Assembly (NCBI GenBank): GCA_963826525.1 | Contig: CAWGXH010000004.1 | Span: 608,001-672,000, forward strand | DNA length: 64,000 bases | Direction of reading: 5' to 3' | Source of the DNA: an uncultured Methanomicrobiaceae archaeon | GTDB lineage: Archaea; Halobacteriota; Methanomicrobia; Methanomicrobiales; Methanoculleaceae | Shown here: piece after piece, positions 56,586 through 64,000 of the stretch | Numbering within the stretch: position 1 is the first letter of the stretch | How the letters are laid out: every line of letters starts with the position of its first letter | The notes under the pieces: generated by a model | What the model was told of the DNA's origin: nothing | Seen by the model: only the letters and a program-made list of their open reading frames with translations | The model's database searches: none | Program-made: the position numbers and the translations under genes

Positions 56586-56946
56586 TGCTGGATGATGTTC
56601 GTCGACAGGGAGTCGGGAAGCGGGCGAAGGTGCCGTCGGCGGCTACCCGTGAGAAGAAGTCCATTACTTCCGAAAAATGAAAAGCGAGGAGTCCGGGTCT
56701 GATACCCGGCGTTCCGGTTGCCGCCGTCGTCATCGTTTCGGTCGGCGTTACCGTCAGTGTCGTCTCGGTGGTCATCGTTTCGGTCGGCGTTACCGTCAGT
56801 GTCGTCTCGGTGGTCATCGTTTCAGACGGTGTCGTTTCGGTCGGCGTTGCCGTCGGTGTCGCGTTCCCCGCCGGCGAAACACACCCTGCCACCAGGACCG
56901 CCGCTGCCATGAACAGCAGGATCAGCAGGATCAGTTTTTTCAACAT
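56575..56946 (-). CDS. Small Thr-rich lipoprotein (3' end uncertain)
   Basis: MLKK + hydrophobic stretch + VAGC lipobox, then TPTET repeats. Confidence 0.7.
   Translation of the reverse strand: MLKKLILLILLFMAAAVLVAGCVSPAGNATPTATPTETTPSETMTTETTLTVTPTETMTTETTLTVTPTETMTTAATGTPGIRPGLLAFHFSEVMDFFSRVAADGTFARFPTPCRRTSSSITS
56729..56823. repeat. Perfect 42-bp tandem repeat, ~2.3 copies
   Basis: GTCATCGTTTCGGTCGGCGTTACCGTCAGTGTCGTCTCGGTG at 56729 and 56771, partial copy at 56813. Confidence 0.92.
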
Positions 56947-57351
56947 CGATAAGCCCCCCTTGGTTCGGGCATGAAGAGATTCAACATTCAATCTACGATA
57001 TAAAATTAACGGAATATGTTGGTGCCCGTGAAAGGCCTTCTCCCGGCCCATGCGCCTATTTTCCTCCCCCGGAGGAGGAACTGCCAGATCTCCTGCAGTT
57101 GATTCGGCGGTGTTCGAGACTGCAGCCCTCAACCACGCCGACCACGGCAGTATGGTCATAGTCCATGTGGGTCGTGCGTTCAAGGTCATCACCGGCAGGC
57201 AACCGTTACTGCCGGAAGATACCTGCCAATCAAAACGGATGGCCATTATCTGGAAAGTATTATTAAAACCGGATCCTATGACTTGACTAGTTGCGGCAGG
57301 GGAACGGCGATGTCATCGCACATACCGCGTCACAACCTATGGAGCAGGAAT

Positions 57352-57801
57352 ATGTTTCGCATGGGAGCCCCAAGGACCGCACGGAGAACTTCCCACCGGA
57401 CATCGCGCCGTGTCATGCGCCGCACCACACAGCGAACCGTTCTGGTCGGCGGGACCGCCGCCGCGATCAAACTCTCGCAGAATGACGTCGACCAGATCGA
57501 GCAGCACACCGGCAAGGAGGCCGAAGACCTCTCCGAGCAGGAGCTCGACAAGGCAATGGACGATCAGGGCATCAAGGAGCAGGAGCTGACCGACCAGGAC
57601 GTGACCGCAATCGAGGCCGGTATGGCGAAAGAACAGGCTCCGCAGCCTGACGTAGCGCCCCCGGCAGCCCCTCCGCCCGAGGCTGTGCCTGCCGAACCGT
57701 CCTACATCGGCGAACTGGAGAAACTTGCCGGGTTTCGGGATAAAGGGATCATCACCGAGGAAGAGTTCCAGGCCAAGAAGAAGCAGCCCCTGGGATTGTA
57801 G
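57352..57801 (+). CDS. SHOCT-domain protein with Arg-rich N-terminus
   Basis: ELEKLAGFRDKGIITEEEFQAKKK; N-terminal RTARRTSHRTSRRVMRR. Confidence 0.82.
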   Translation: MFRMGAPRTARRTSHRTSRRVMRRTTQRTVLVGGTAAAIKLSQNDVDQIEQHTGKEAEDLSEQELDKAMDDQGIKEQELTDQDVTAIEAGMAKEQAPQPDVAPPAAPPPEAVPAEPSYIGELEKLAGFRDKGIITEEEFQAKKKQPLGL

Positions 57802-57864
57802 ATCCGGAGATTCTGGCATGGACAAACCTCACTCAACAACAACCGTATCTCCTGCGAGAGGGAG

Positions 57865-58911
57865 GTGACCATGCCCGCTCCGTCCCGCCTCGCATCCCTC
57901 ACCCGGGTTGTCATCATCAGTACCGTCGTCGTCACCGGCATGTACCTCGGCGCCGCGGTCGTGAGCCCGGTGCTCGTCGGGTTCATTCTGGCGATCGTTG
58001 TCACACCAATTGTGCATCGCCTGGAAGAGCGCGGATTGCCCCGGCTCGCTGCGGTGCTGGCGATGGTCGGGGTGATCGTCGGCGTTGCCCTGCTGCTCAT
58101 CGCCGTCTTCAGCCTGTCGCTGATCGAGCTCGACAGCGCCCTGCCCGCCTACCAGGATCTGCTACAGGCGCAGCTGGCGGCACTGCAGGCATGGCTTGCG
58201 GACCTCGGGATCATGACCTCTCTCCAGCTGCCCGATGCATCTTCGGGGCCTGTGCTCATCCCCTCGCTCGGGGAGATCCTCGCCGGACTCTCCATTCTGG
58301 TCGTCGATTTTCTGGTCATCCTGATCGTGGCCGTCTTCATGCTCCTCGAGGTGACCTCGATCCGGGGAAAACTCCAGAAGAGCCTCGGGCTCGACGTTGA
58401 GGCCGAACTCGACCGTTCCGCGAACAATCTGGTCGCATACGCGGCGCTCCGCACCAGAAGCGGCCTTGCGACCGGCATCGTTATCGCGATTCTCCTGCTG
58501 CTCCTCGGGATCGACGCCCCGGCGCTCTGGGCGGTCCTCATCGTCGTGCTCGGCTACATACCCTACTTCGGGCTGCCCATAGCATCGGTGCCCCCTATCG
58601 GGCTTGCCTGGCTCCAGCACGGCCTCCCTGGAGCGCTCGCCGTCGCGGTCGGCATCTTCGTCGTCGACCTTCTCGCTCGCCGCTTCCTCCTGCCGTACCC
58701 CGCCGAACAGGCGCTCCGAATCTCCCCACTGGCGATCGTCCTCTCGGTCCTCGCCTGGACGCTGGTGCTCGGCGTTCCGGGGCTTTTTCTAGGTGCTCCC
58801 CTGACTCTGCTCATAAAGGCGGTGCTGTCGAGTTCGGAAGAGACTGGGTGGCTGGCGATACTGATGGAGCCGTCCAATGATAGCGAAAGTACCGGAGAAC
58901 TGTCCAGGTGA
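57865..58911 (+). CDS. AI-2E family transporter, copy 2
   Basis: RLEERGLPR, GYIPYFG, ISPLAIVLSVLAW...GLFLGAPLT. Confidence 0.9.
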   Translation: MTMPAPSRLASLTRVVIISTVVVTGMYLGAAVVSPVLVGFILAIVVTPIVHRLEERGLPRLAAVLAMVGVIVGVALLLIAVFSLSLIELDSALPAYQDLLQAQLAALQAWLADLGIMTSLQLPDASSGPVLIPSLGEILAGLSILVVDFLVILIVAVFMLLEVTSIRGKLQKSLGLDVEAELDRSANNLVAYAALRTRSGLATGIVIAILLLLLGIDAPALWAVLIVVLGYIPYFGLPIASVPPIGLAWLQHGLPGALAVAVGIFVVDLLARRFLLPYPAEQALRISPLAIVLSVLAWTLVLGVPGLFLGAPLTLLIKAVLSSSEETGWLAILMEPSNDSESTGELSR

Positions 58912-59049
58912 CCGATAGGCCGCACGCTCTCCCCAAAAATATAATATATTGGCAATAGTAATGCAGTCAACCGAAATCTGCGATCGAACCCAAAAATATC
59001 CAATAGATATCGTCTATGAGGTGATTGGACTGCTGATGGAGCGAACCTG

Positions 59050-60972
59050 ATGCATGCCCGAGCCGGGTGGCCGGTGCGGGAACCGGGAAGCCGGAACGGT
59101 CGAGCCCGTGCAGTAGGGAAAACGCTCTTCCTGGCTCTCCTGCTCGGCGTACTGGTGGGCACGGGGGCCGCCCAGATGCAGGACAATACCGGTGTCCAGG
59201 AGCTGACCGGGCGAATAGAACCCGGTCAGGCGATCGTGTACGATCTCCCTGGTTTGCAGGCGGGAGAGAACCTGGACGCCTATGCAGAGGGAACCTCAGG
59301 AGATCTTGACCCGTTCCTCGCCGTAGCGAACCCGGATCTCAACGCGAGCCGGGTGCGTACCGAGTTCGCAGCCGACGTGAACCGCTCCCTGGCAGCGGGG
59401 CAGGACCCACTCAGGGTGATCCCGGAGACTGCCGGCCGGTACTTCCTCGCCTGGAACGACGATACGAACGGCACCTATAACGCCGCCCTGCAGTACCGCA
59501 TTCCCGCCGACGGCGACTATCTCCTGATCGTAATCGGCTCTCCGGCAGAACGAGGGCGGACCTTCGGGGATTACCGTCTCCTGGTCGGAATCGACGACCC
59601 GCAGGTGCTGACCGGCCAGGCCGAGCCGACCGGAGCCACCATTGCGATCCTGAATACCTCCGTTTCGAAGATGCGCGTCGGTGTCCAGGAGGTGACGGGG
59701 AACCTCTCCGCCAATACCTCATCGACCTTCTACATCTTGAGCCCGGTAGAGAAGAACGACACCTTCTACGCCTCCATCGAAGCGACATCCGGGAACCTGA
59801 TCCCGGCGATGGTCCTGCGGGACTACGGCGGCAAGCCCCTCGCAGCGGTGGCTACTGAAACGGGGAAGACCAGCGCCACGCTCCAGTACACCTTCGCCGG
59901 CACCAGCAGCAACGATCGGCTGGAGGTGCTCTCAAGCCCGCTGGACGGGACCAACACGACAGGAGACTTCCGCCTGCTGACCGGTTTGAACGCCCCCGGC
60001 GTGCTGGCGGGCAACGAGTCGCCCGGCGGCATCGCCGTCCTGCAGGCGCCCATCCCGGTCAAAGTCGGCGTCGAATTGGACCAGATCACCGGCGTGGACC
60101 AGGTCAGCGAGAACTTCGCCGTGGTGGCCAACATCTGGATGCAGTGGAACGACCCTGCCCTGGCATTCAGCCCGGACGAATGCGACTGCCGGGTCAAGAT
60201 CTACCGGAGCATCGACGATTTTGTCACGGCCGAGGGTTCACGGTGGCCGGAGTTTACGCTCTACAACCAGCAGGCGCAGCGCTGGACGCAGAACCAGATC
60301 ATCGTGGTGGAGCCCAACGGCACCGCCACCTACTATGAACACTTCTGGACAACCCTGCAGGCGCCGGAATTCAATTTCAGGGCCTACCCGTTCGATACCC
60401 AGGAGTTCTTCATCCGCATCGACTCGCTCTATCCCGAAGAATTGTATGTCTACGAGCCCTGGCCGGAGAAGACCGCCGTCGGCACCCAGCTAGGGGAGGA
60501 GGAGTGGTACATCACCTCGAGCGATACCAACATCAGCACGGTCGAGATCACGACCCAGAACTCCCGCTACTCATTCGACTTCTTCGCAGCCCGCCATCTC
60601 ACCTACTACCTCCTCCGCATCCTGCTGCCCATCTTTATCATCATCCTCCTGACCTACATCACGTTCCTCCTCAAAGACTACGGGAAGCGCGCTGAGATAG
60701 CCAGCGCCAATCTGCTCCTCTTCATCGCGTTCAACTTCACCATCGCCGGAAACCTGCCGCACCTTGGCTACCTGACCTTCCTGGACTCCATTCTGATCGC
60801 CACCTTCGTCATCACCGGCGCTACGGTGGCCTACAACCTCTACCTGAGATGGCTGGCGACTGCGGCGGAGAAAGAGATCGCCGAACGGATCGACCGGGTG
60901 ATAGTCTGGCTCTACCCGTTGGCGTACATCACCGCGCTCATTTTTGGCCTGTTTGTAGAAGGGTTCTTCTGA
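59050..60972 (+). CDS. Pentameric ligand-gated ion channel with two tandem N-terminal beta domains (DeCLIC-like)
   Basis: Signal peptide, duplicated N-domains, W.DP.L, Pro-loop FRAYPFDTQ, GEEEW, pre-M1 RHLTYYLLRILLP, M2-M3 LPHLGYLTFLD, four TM helices. Confidence 0.92.
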   Translation: MHARAGWPVREPGSRNGRARAVGKTLFLALLLGVLVGTGAAQMQDNTGVQELTGRIEPGQAIVYDLPGLQAGENLDAYAEGTSGDLDPFLAVANPDLNASRVRTEFAADVNRSLAAGQDPLRVIPETAGRYFLAWNDDTNGTYNAALQYRIPADGDYLLIVIGSPAERGRTFGDYRLLVGIDDPQVLTGQAEPTGATIAILNTSVSKMRVGVQEVTGNLSANTSSTFYILSPVEKNDTFYASIEATSGNLIPAMVLRDYGGKPLAAVATETGKTSATLQYTFAGTSSNDRLEVLSSPLDGTNTTGDFRLLTGLNAPGVLAGNESPGGIAVLQAPIPVKVGVELDQITGVDQVSENFAVVANIWMQWNDPALAFSPDECDCRVKIYRSIDDFVTAEGSRWPEFTLYNQQAQRWTQNQIIVVEPNGTATYYEHFWTTLQAPEFNFRAYPFDTQEFFIRIDSLYPEELYVYEPWPEKTAVGTQLGEEEWYITSSDTNISTVEITTQNSRYSFDFFAARHLTYYLLRILLPIFIIILLTYITFLLKDYGKRAEIASANLLLFIAFNFTIAGNLPHLGYLTFLDSILIATFVITGATVAYNLYLRWLATAAEKEIAERIDRVIVWLYPLAYITALIFGLFVEGFF

Positions 60973-61025
60973 GCACGGCGCCGCTGCCGCACGCATATTT
61001 ATGTATCGACGGCCAATGCACTGGC

Positions 61026-62057
61026 ATGAACTGCCCGGTCTGCGGGGGAGACTGTATCGAGGACGCTCCCGCGCTCCTTGCACGGCTGCCGCACACCTTC
61101 GCCCCCTGCCCCGACTGCATGGGGCTCACCTACGACAAGCGCGCCCCGCCCCCCGACCTCTCGCCTGCCGAGCCCTGCCCCGACTGCGGAAAGCGGTTCA
61201 TCGATGATGTCTTCGCCCATATCTGGGCGGTCATGGCAGGCGCGGGGGATCTCTCCCGGGACAACCCGCTCGCCGCCGCCGGAACACCCCTCATCCATCC
61301 GGGCGTTGCCATGCACCGCCCGCCGTACCTCTCTCCCCGGTCGCTGGTGCTCCTCTCCCGCACCGTCTCGGAAAAAAGTGCAGAAAAGCTCGTCGCCGAA
61401 GTTCCGGAGGTCCGGGGCGTGGTGCGGACATGCGACGGCGTCCCCGGTATCACCGATCCGGAAACGGACGTTGACGGGCGGCGGCATGCCCTCCTCGCGG
61501 GCTGTGACGTGCGCGCCGATATCTTCGGTACGCCGGCAGGCGCTATCGCCGTCTACAAACAGCAGTCCGTCATCCACATCGAGTTCCCCCACGGCCAGAA
61601 TCCCAAGATCCTCGCGACCTATCAGGCAGTCCGCGAGAGATCTCCCCGTACATTCGTCGATGCCTGCTGCGGGGCGGGAACGCTCGGCCTTGTAGCGGGC
61701 GTCATGGGCGTCCCCGCAGTGATCTGCAACGACGCATGGCATGCCGCCGCTTTCTGGACTGCGTGCAATATCGGGGTGAACCGCGAGGCGCTCGGGGTGG
61801 AGGGCGTGCGGCTCCTGCATTCGATCGCGGAACTCGAAGAGCGCCCGGTCGCGGGTGAACCGGTGCTGGTCGCCGTCGCAGAGGGTGCGCGGACAATCAG
61901 GGTATACCACGGCGATCTCCGCCTGCTCCCTCCCCTGCTCCCGGGCGACGTCGATCTCACCGCGCTCGACCTCTTCGGGAAGGGTGACCGCGAGAGGATC
62001 AGCGAGATTACCACGCTCTGGACTGCTGCCGTAGGCGGAGATGTTTATATCCCCTAG
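61026..62057 (+). CDS. Cys-rich, SAM-methyltransferase-like protein
   Basis: CPVC, CPDC, CPDCGKRFID; FVDACCGAGTLG, CNDAW. Confidence 0.7.
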   Translation: MNCPVCGGDCIEDAPALLARLPHTFAPCPDCMGLTYDKRAPPPDLSPAEPCPDCGKRFIDDVFAHIWAVMAGAGDLSRDNPLAAAGTPLIHPGVAMHRPPYLSPRSLVLLSRTVSEKSAEKLVAEVPEVRGVVRTCDGVPGITDPETDVDGRRHALLAGCDVRADIFGTPAGAIAVYKQQSVIHIEFPHGQNPKILATYQAVRERSPRTFVDACCGAGTLGLVAGVMGVPAVICNDAWHAAAFWTACNIGVNREALGVEGVRLLHSIAELEERPVAGEPVLVAVAEGARTIRVYHGDLRLLPPLLPGDVDLTALDLFGKGDRERISEITTLWTAAVGGDVYIP

Positions 62058-62071
62058 GCACCATGATATAC

Positions 62072-62378
62072 GGGGACTAGCCAGGGTGGCTCGGCGTCAC
62101 CTGTAACCCGAAACCGCCGTTATGCGGGAGGCGAAGTCTGAGGAAGGCTGTGGCGGCCTGCCGGAGCCGGTGCGTCCTGACGGAGAAACCTCGTCCTGTG
62201 AGGTCGGCGGACAGGCATCAATACTCCGGAGGGGGTGGCGACCTGTTGCCGCGGGAACCGGTCCAGGCCCGGAAGGGAGCAGACTTACCGTGGACGTTCG
62301 GCGCCCATGGGGTTGCGGGGTGGAGGAAGGATGCCCCGGTGAACGCAGGTACGAGCTGTCGACCGATGACGTGTCCCC
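62072..62378 (+). ncRNA. ffs: Archaeal SRP (7S) RNA
   Basis: GGGGAC/GTCCCC terminal helix, Alu CTGTAACCC, helix 8 CCAGGCCCGGAAGGGAGCA; TTTATA ~25 bp upstream. Confidence 0.95.
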
Positions 62379-62391
62379 AACGGCGATTTCT

Positions 62392-63345
62392 ATGGCAAAG
62401 GTTACGATTATCGGAGCGACAGGCAATGTCGGCTCGTTTGCAGCACATACCATTTCTGAGATTCCCCATGTTACCGATCTGCTGCTGATGGGCAGGCCCG
62501 GCCGTGAGGAATTTTTAGAAGGATGCTGCCGCGATATGGCCGACTCGTTTGCTGCACGGGGCACGCAGATGCGCCTTGCCCACAGCACACAGGTTGCCGA
62601 TGTAGAAGGATCGGATGTCATCATCTGTACGTCCGGTATGCCGCGGCAGGTCGGGCAGGACAGAAACGATCTGGCATTCGAGAATGCCAGAATGGTAGCC
62701 GAGACCGCCGAAATCGTCGGAGAGCGAGCGCCGGACGCCCTTCTGTTCATGGTCACGAACCCTGTCGACGTCATGACGGCCGTCGCCCTCAAATATTCGG
62801 GGTTCGAACCCCGGCAGGTCTTCGGGCTCGGCACACACCTTGACTCGATGCGCCTCAAAGCACTCATCGCCGAATACTTCAAGGTACACGTAAGCGAAGT
62901 CCACACACGTATCATCGGTGAGCACGGCGAGAGCATGGTTCCGCTCTGGTCGGCGACGACGATAGGCGGCATTCAGGTCTGCAATCTGCCGACGTTCTCG
63001 GGACTCCCTCACCGCGAGATGATGAATACGGTGCGCTCGAGCGGTCAGTTTATCATAAGAAACAAAGGTTCTACGGTCTATGGGCCAGGCGAGGCGATCG
63101 CAACCCTTGTCCGGACGATCCTCGGTGATGAAAACCGCATCCTGACAGTCTCAAGTTACATCAAGAGTGAAGTCCACGGCATCGGTGATGTCTGCATCGG
63201 TGTGCCCGCTAGGATCAACAGAAACGGCGTATATCCCGTACCGATTAAACTTGCGGAGAGGGAAGTGACCGGCTTTGCTGAGTCTGTCGAGAAGATCCGC
63301 ACGATCACGGCGGATGTCATTGAAAAACTGGAGCAGTGCCGTTAA
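62392..63345 (+). CDS. mdh: LDH-like malate (2-hydroxyacid) dehydrogenase
   Basis: IIGATGNVG, GMPRQVGQDRNDL, VTNPVD, LDSMR, IGEHG. Confidence 0.9.
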   Translation: MAKVTIIGATGNVGSFAAHTISEIPHVTDLLLMGRPGREEFLEGCCRDMADSFAARGTQMRLAHSTQVADVEGSDVIICTSGMPRQVGQDRNDLAFENARMVAETAEIVGERAPDALLFMVTNPVDVMTAVALKYSGFEPRQVFGLGTHLDSMRLKALIAEYFKVHVSEVHTRIIGEHGESMVPLWSATTIGGIQVCNLPTFSGLPHREMMNTVRSSGQFIIRNKGSTVYGPGEAIATLVRTILGDENRILTVSSYIKSEVHGIGDVCIGVPARINRNGVYPVPIKLAEREVTGFAESVEKIRTITADVIEKLEQCR

Positions 63346-63387
63346 GCGGCGAGTGCTCCCTGCAAAAAATGGGTAATCCGGATCGGC

Positions 63388-63642
63388 TCACAGCAGGGTG
63401 AGCTCGACGATCTCGGCACTGCCGACACCGTCAAGTTCCCGGAGCGATTTTTCGACTTCGTCGGGTGCCCCTTCCTTATCAGGAACGACGACAACCGTCT
63501 TTAACGCGACAAGGCCGAATCCGATAGGTTCCTCTACGAGGTCCTTTACCGGCACGGCAGCCGTGATCGCCGCCTTGAGCGCTTCGCGGTCAACCTCGGG
63601 TGACTCGGGCATGATCTTTAAGATGATGGCGACGTCTCCCAT
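63388..63642 (-). CDS. ef1b: Elongation factor 1-beta
   Basis: KIMPESPEVD, EEPIGFGLVAL. Confidence 0.95.
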   Translation of the reverse strand: MGDVAIILKIMPESPEVDREALKAAITAAVPVKDLVEEPIGFGLVALKTVVVVPDKEGAPDEVEKSLRELDGVGSAEIVELTLL

Positions 63643-63644
63643 CG

Positions 63645-63809
63645 TTATGGCCCCTGGAATCCACACTTCTGGCATTCGTATGAGACGCTCTGTTCTCTGC
63701 AGCGGTAGCACCTGCTGATTGCAGCCGAACACTCCGGGCACTTGAACTGCGTGGCACCGGTCTCTGCGAGGGGTCCGTTACAGGATGTGCATCGATCTGT
63801 TGCTATCAT
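63645..63809 (-). CDS. Double zinc-ribbon protein (DUF1610-like)
   Basis: CTSC..FKCPEC..RCYRCR..YECQKCGFQGP; usual neighbour of ef1b. Confidence 0.9.
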   Translation of the reverse strand: MIATDRCTSCNGPLAETGATQFKCPECSAAISRCYRCREQSVSYECQKCGFQGP

Positions 63810-63854
63810 TATTACTTCCTCAAGCGGTATCCTATCATATCTTCCCCGAACCAA

Positions 63855-64000
63855 TTAAAATCTCGTGTCAATGACGGTTCCATGAGGCGTCACTCCGTCC
63901 AGAACCTGCGCTATCCGTTCGTCGAATCTGCCGTTTATTACCGTCGTCCGGACATTGTGCTCGAGAACGAACGGGATCAGGGCAGGGTCGACCTCCTCGC
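63855..64000 (-). CDS. C-terminus of an amino-acid/uridylate-kinase-family protein (partial)
   Basis: VDPALIPF...TVINGR...GTVI; synteny with zinc ribbon and ef1b. Confidence 0.7.
   Translation of the reverse strand, partial: EEVDPALIPFVLEHNVRTTVINGRFDERIAQVLDGVTPHGTVIDTRF

Noticed and set aside
56729-56823. Possible CRISPR array (also considered for 9065-9197)
   Set aside because: Head-to-tail repeats without spacers, in-frame multiples of 3 inside CDSs, no cas genes
34606-61000. Active integrative element at tRNA-Ile2
   Set aside because: No integrase, transposase or duplicated tRNA 3' end found by eye; composition similar to the host
62122-62391. 90-aa N-terminal extension of Mdh
   Set aside because: This stretch is the SRP RNA gene; Mdh starts at 62392

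Overview
Chromosomal window from a high-GC hydrogenotrophic methanogen, most likely Methanomicrobiales (Methanoculleus-like), judged from frhADGB, mptA, rpoL, aIF2-beta-TRAM, EF-1beta, archaeal SRP RNA and tRNA-Ile2(CAU). Left part (1-12.6 kb): a TnpB remnant, an APH-like kinase/HAD pair, a UbiA/MenA-like prenyltransferase plus polyprenyl synthase, a PAS histidine kinase, and a large HerA-like ATPase followed by a stand-alone LigD phosphoesterase and an unlisted 53-aa C2H2 zinc-finger ORF. Middle (12.7-34.7 kb): core genes, tRNA-Asn, a metal ABC transporter with FmdE, an orphan 5S rRNA and tRNA-Ile2. Right (34.9-61 kb): a ~26-kb accessory block of mostly membrane or envelope genes, many in paralogous copies (2 AI-2E, 3 SpoIIAA-like, 3 DUF1269/DUF6325-like, 2 SHOCT, 2 helical secreted proteins). 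It also holds cardiolipin synthase, HdeD, a sulfatase with its anaerobic maturase, a K+ channel, a bile-acid-type symporter, an MsrP-like molybdoenzyme and a DeCLIC-like pentameric ligand-gated ion channel. This block is my best candidate for an undescribed system. Roughly 30 single-base frameshifts, some in core genes, look like long-read errors, and most fall on GTAC or AGCT, suggesting host DNA methylation. No CRISPR array or integrase was seen. All family assignments are from motif recognition and memory; no searches were run.
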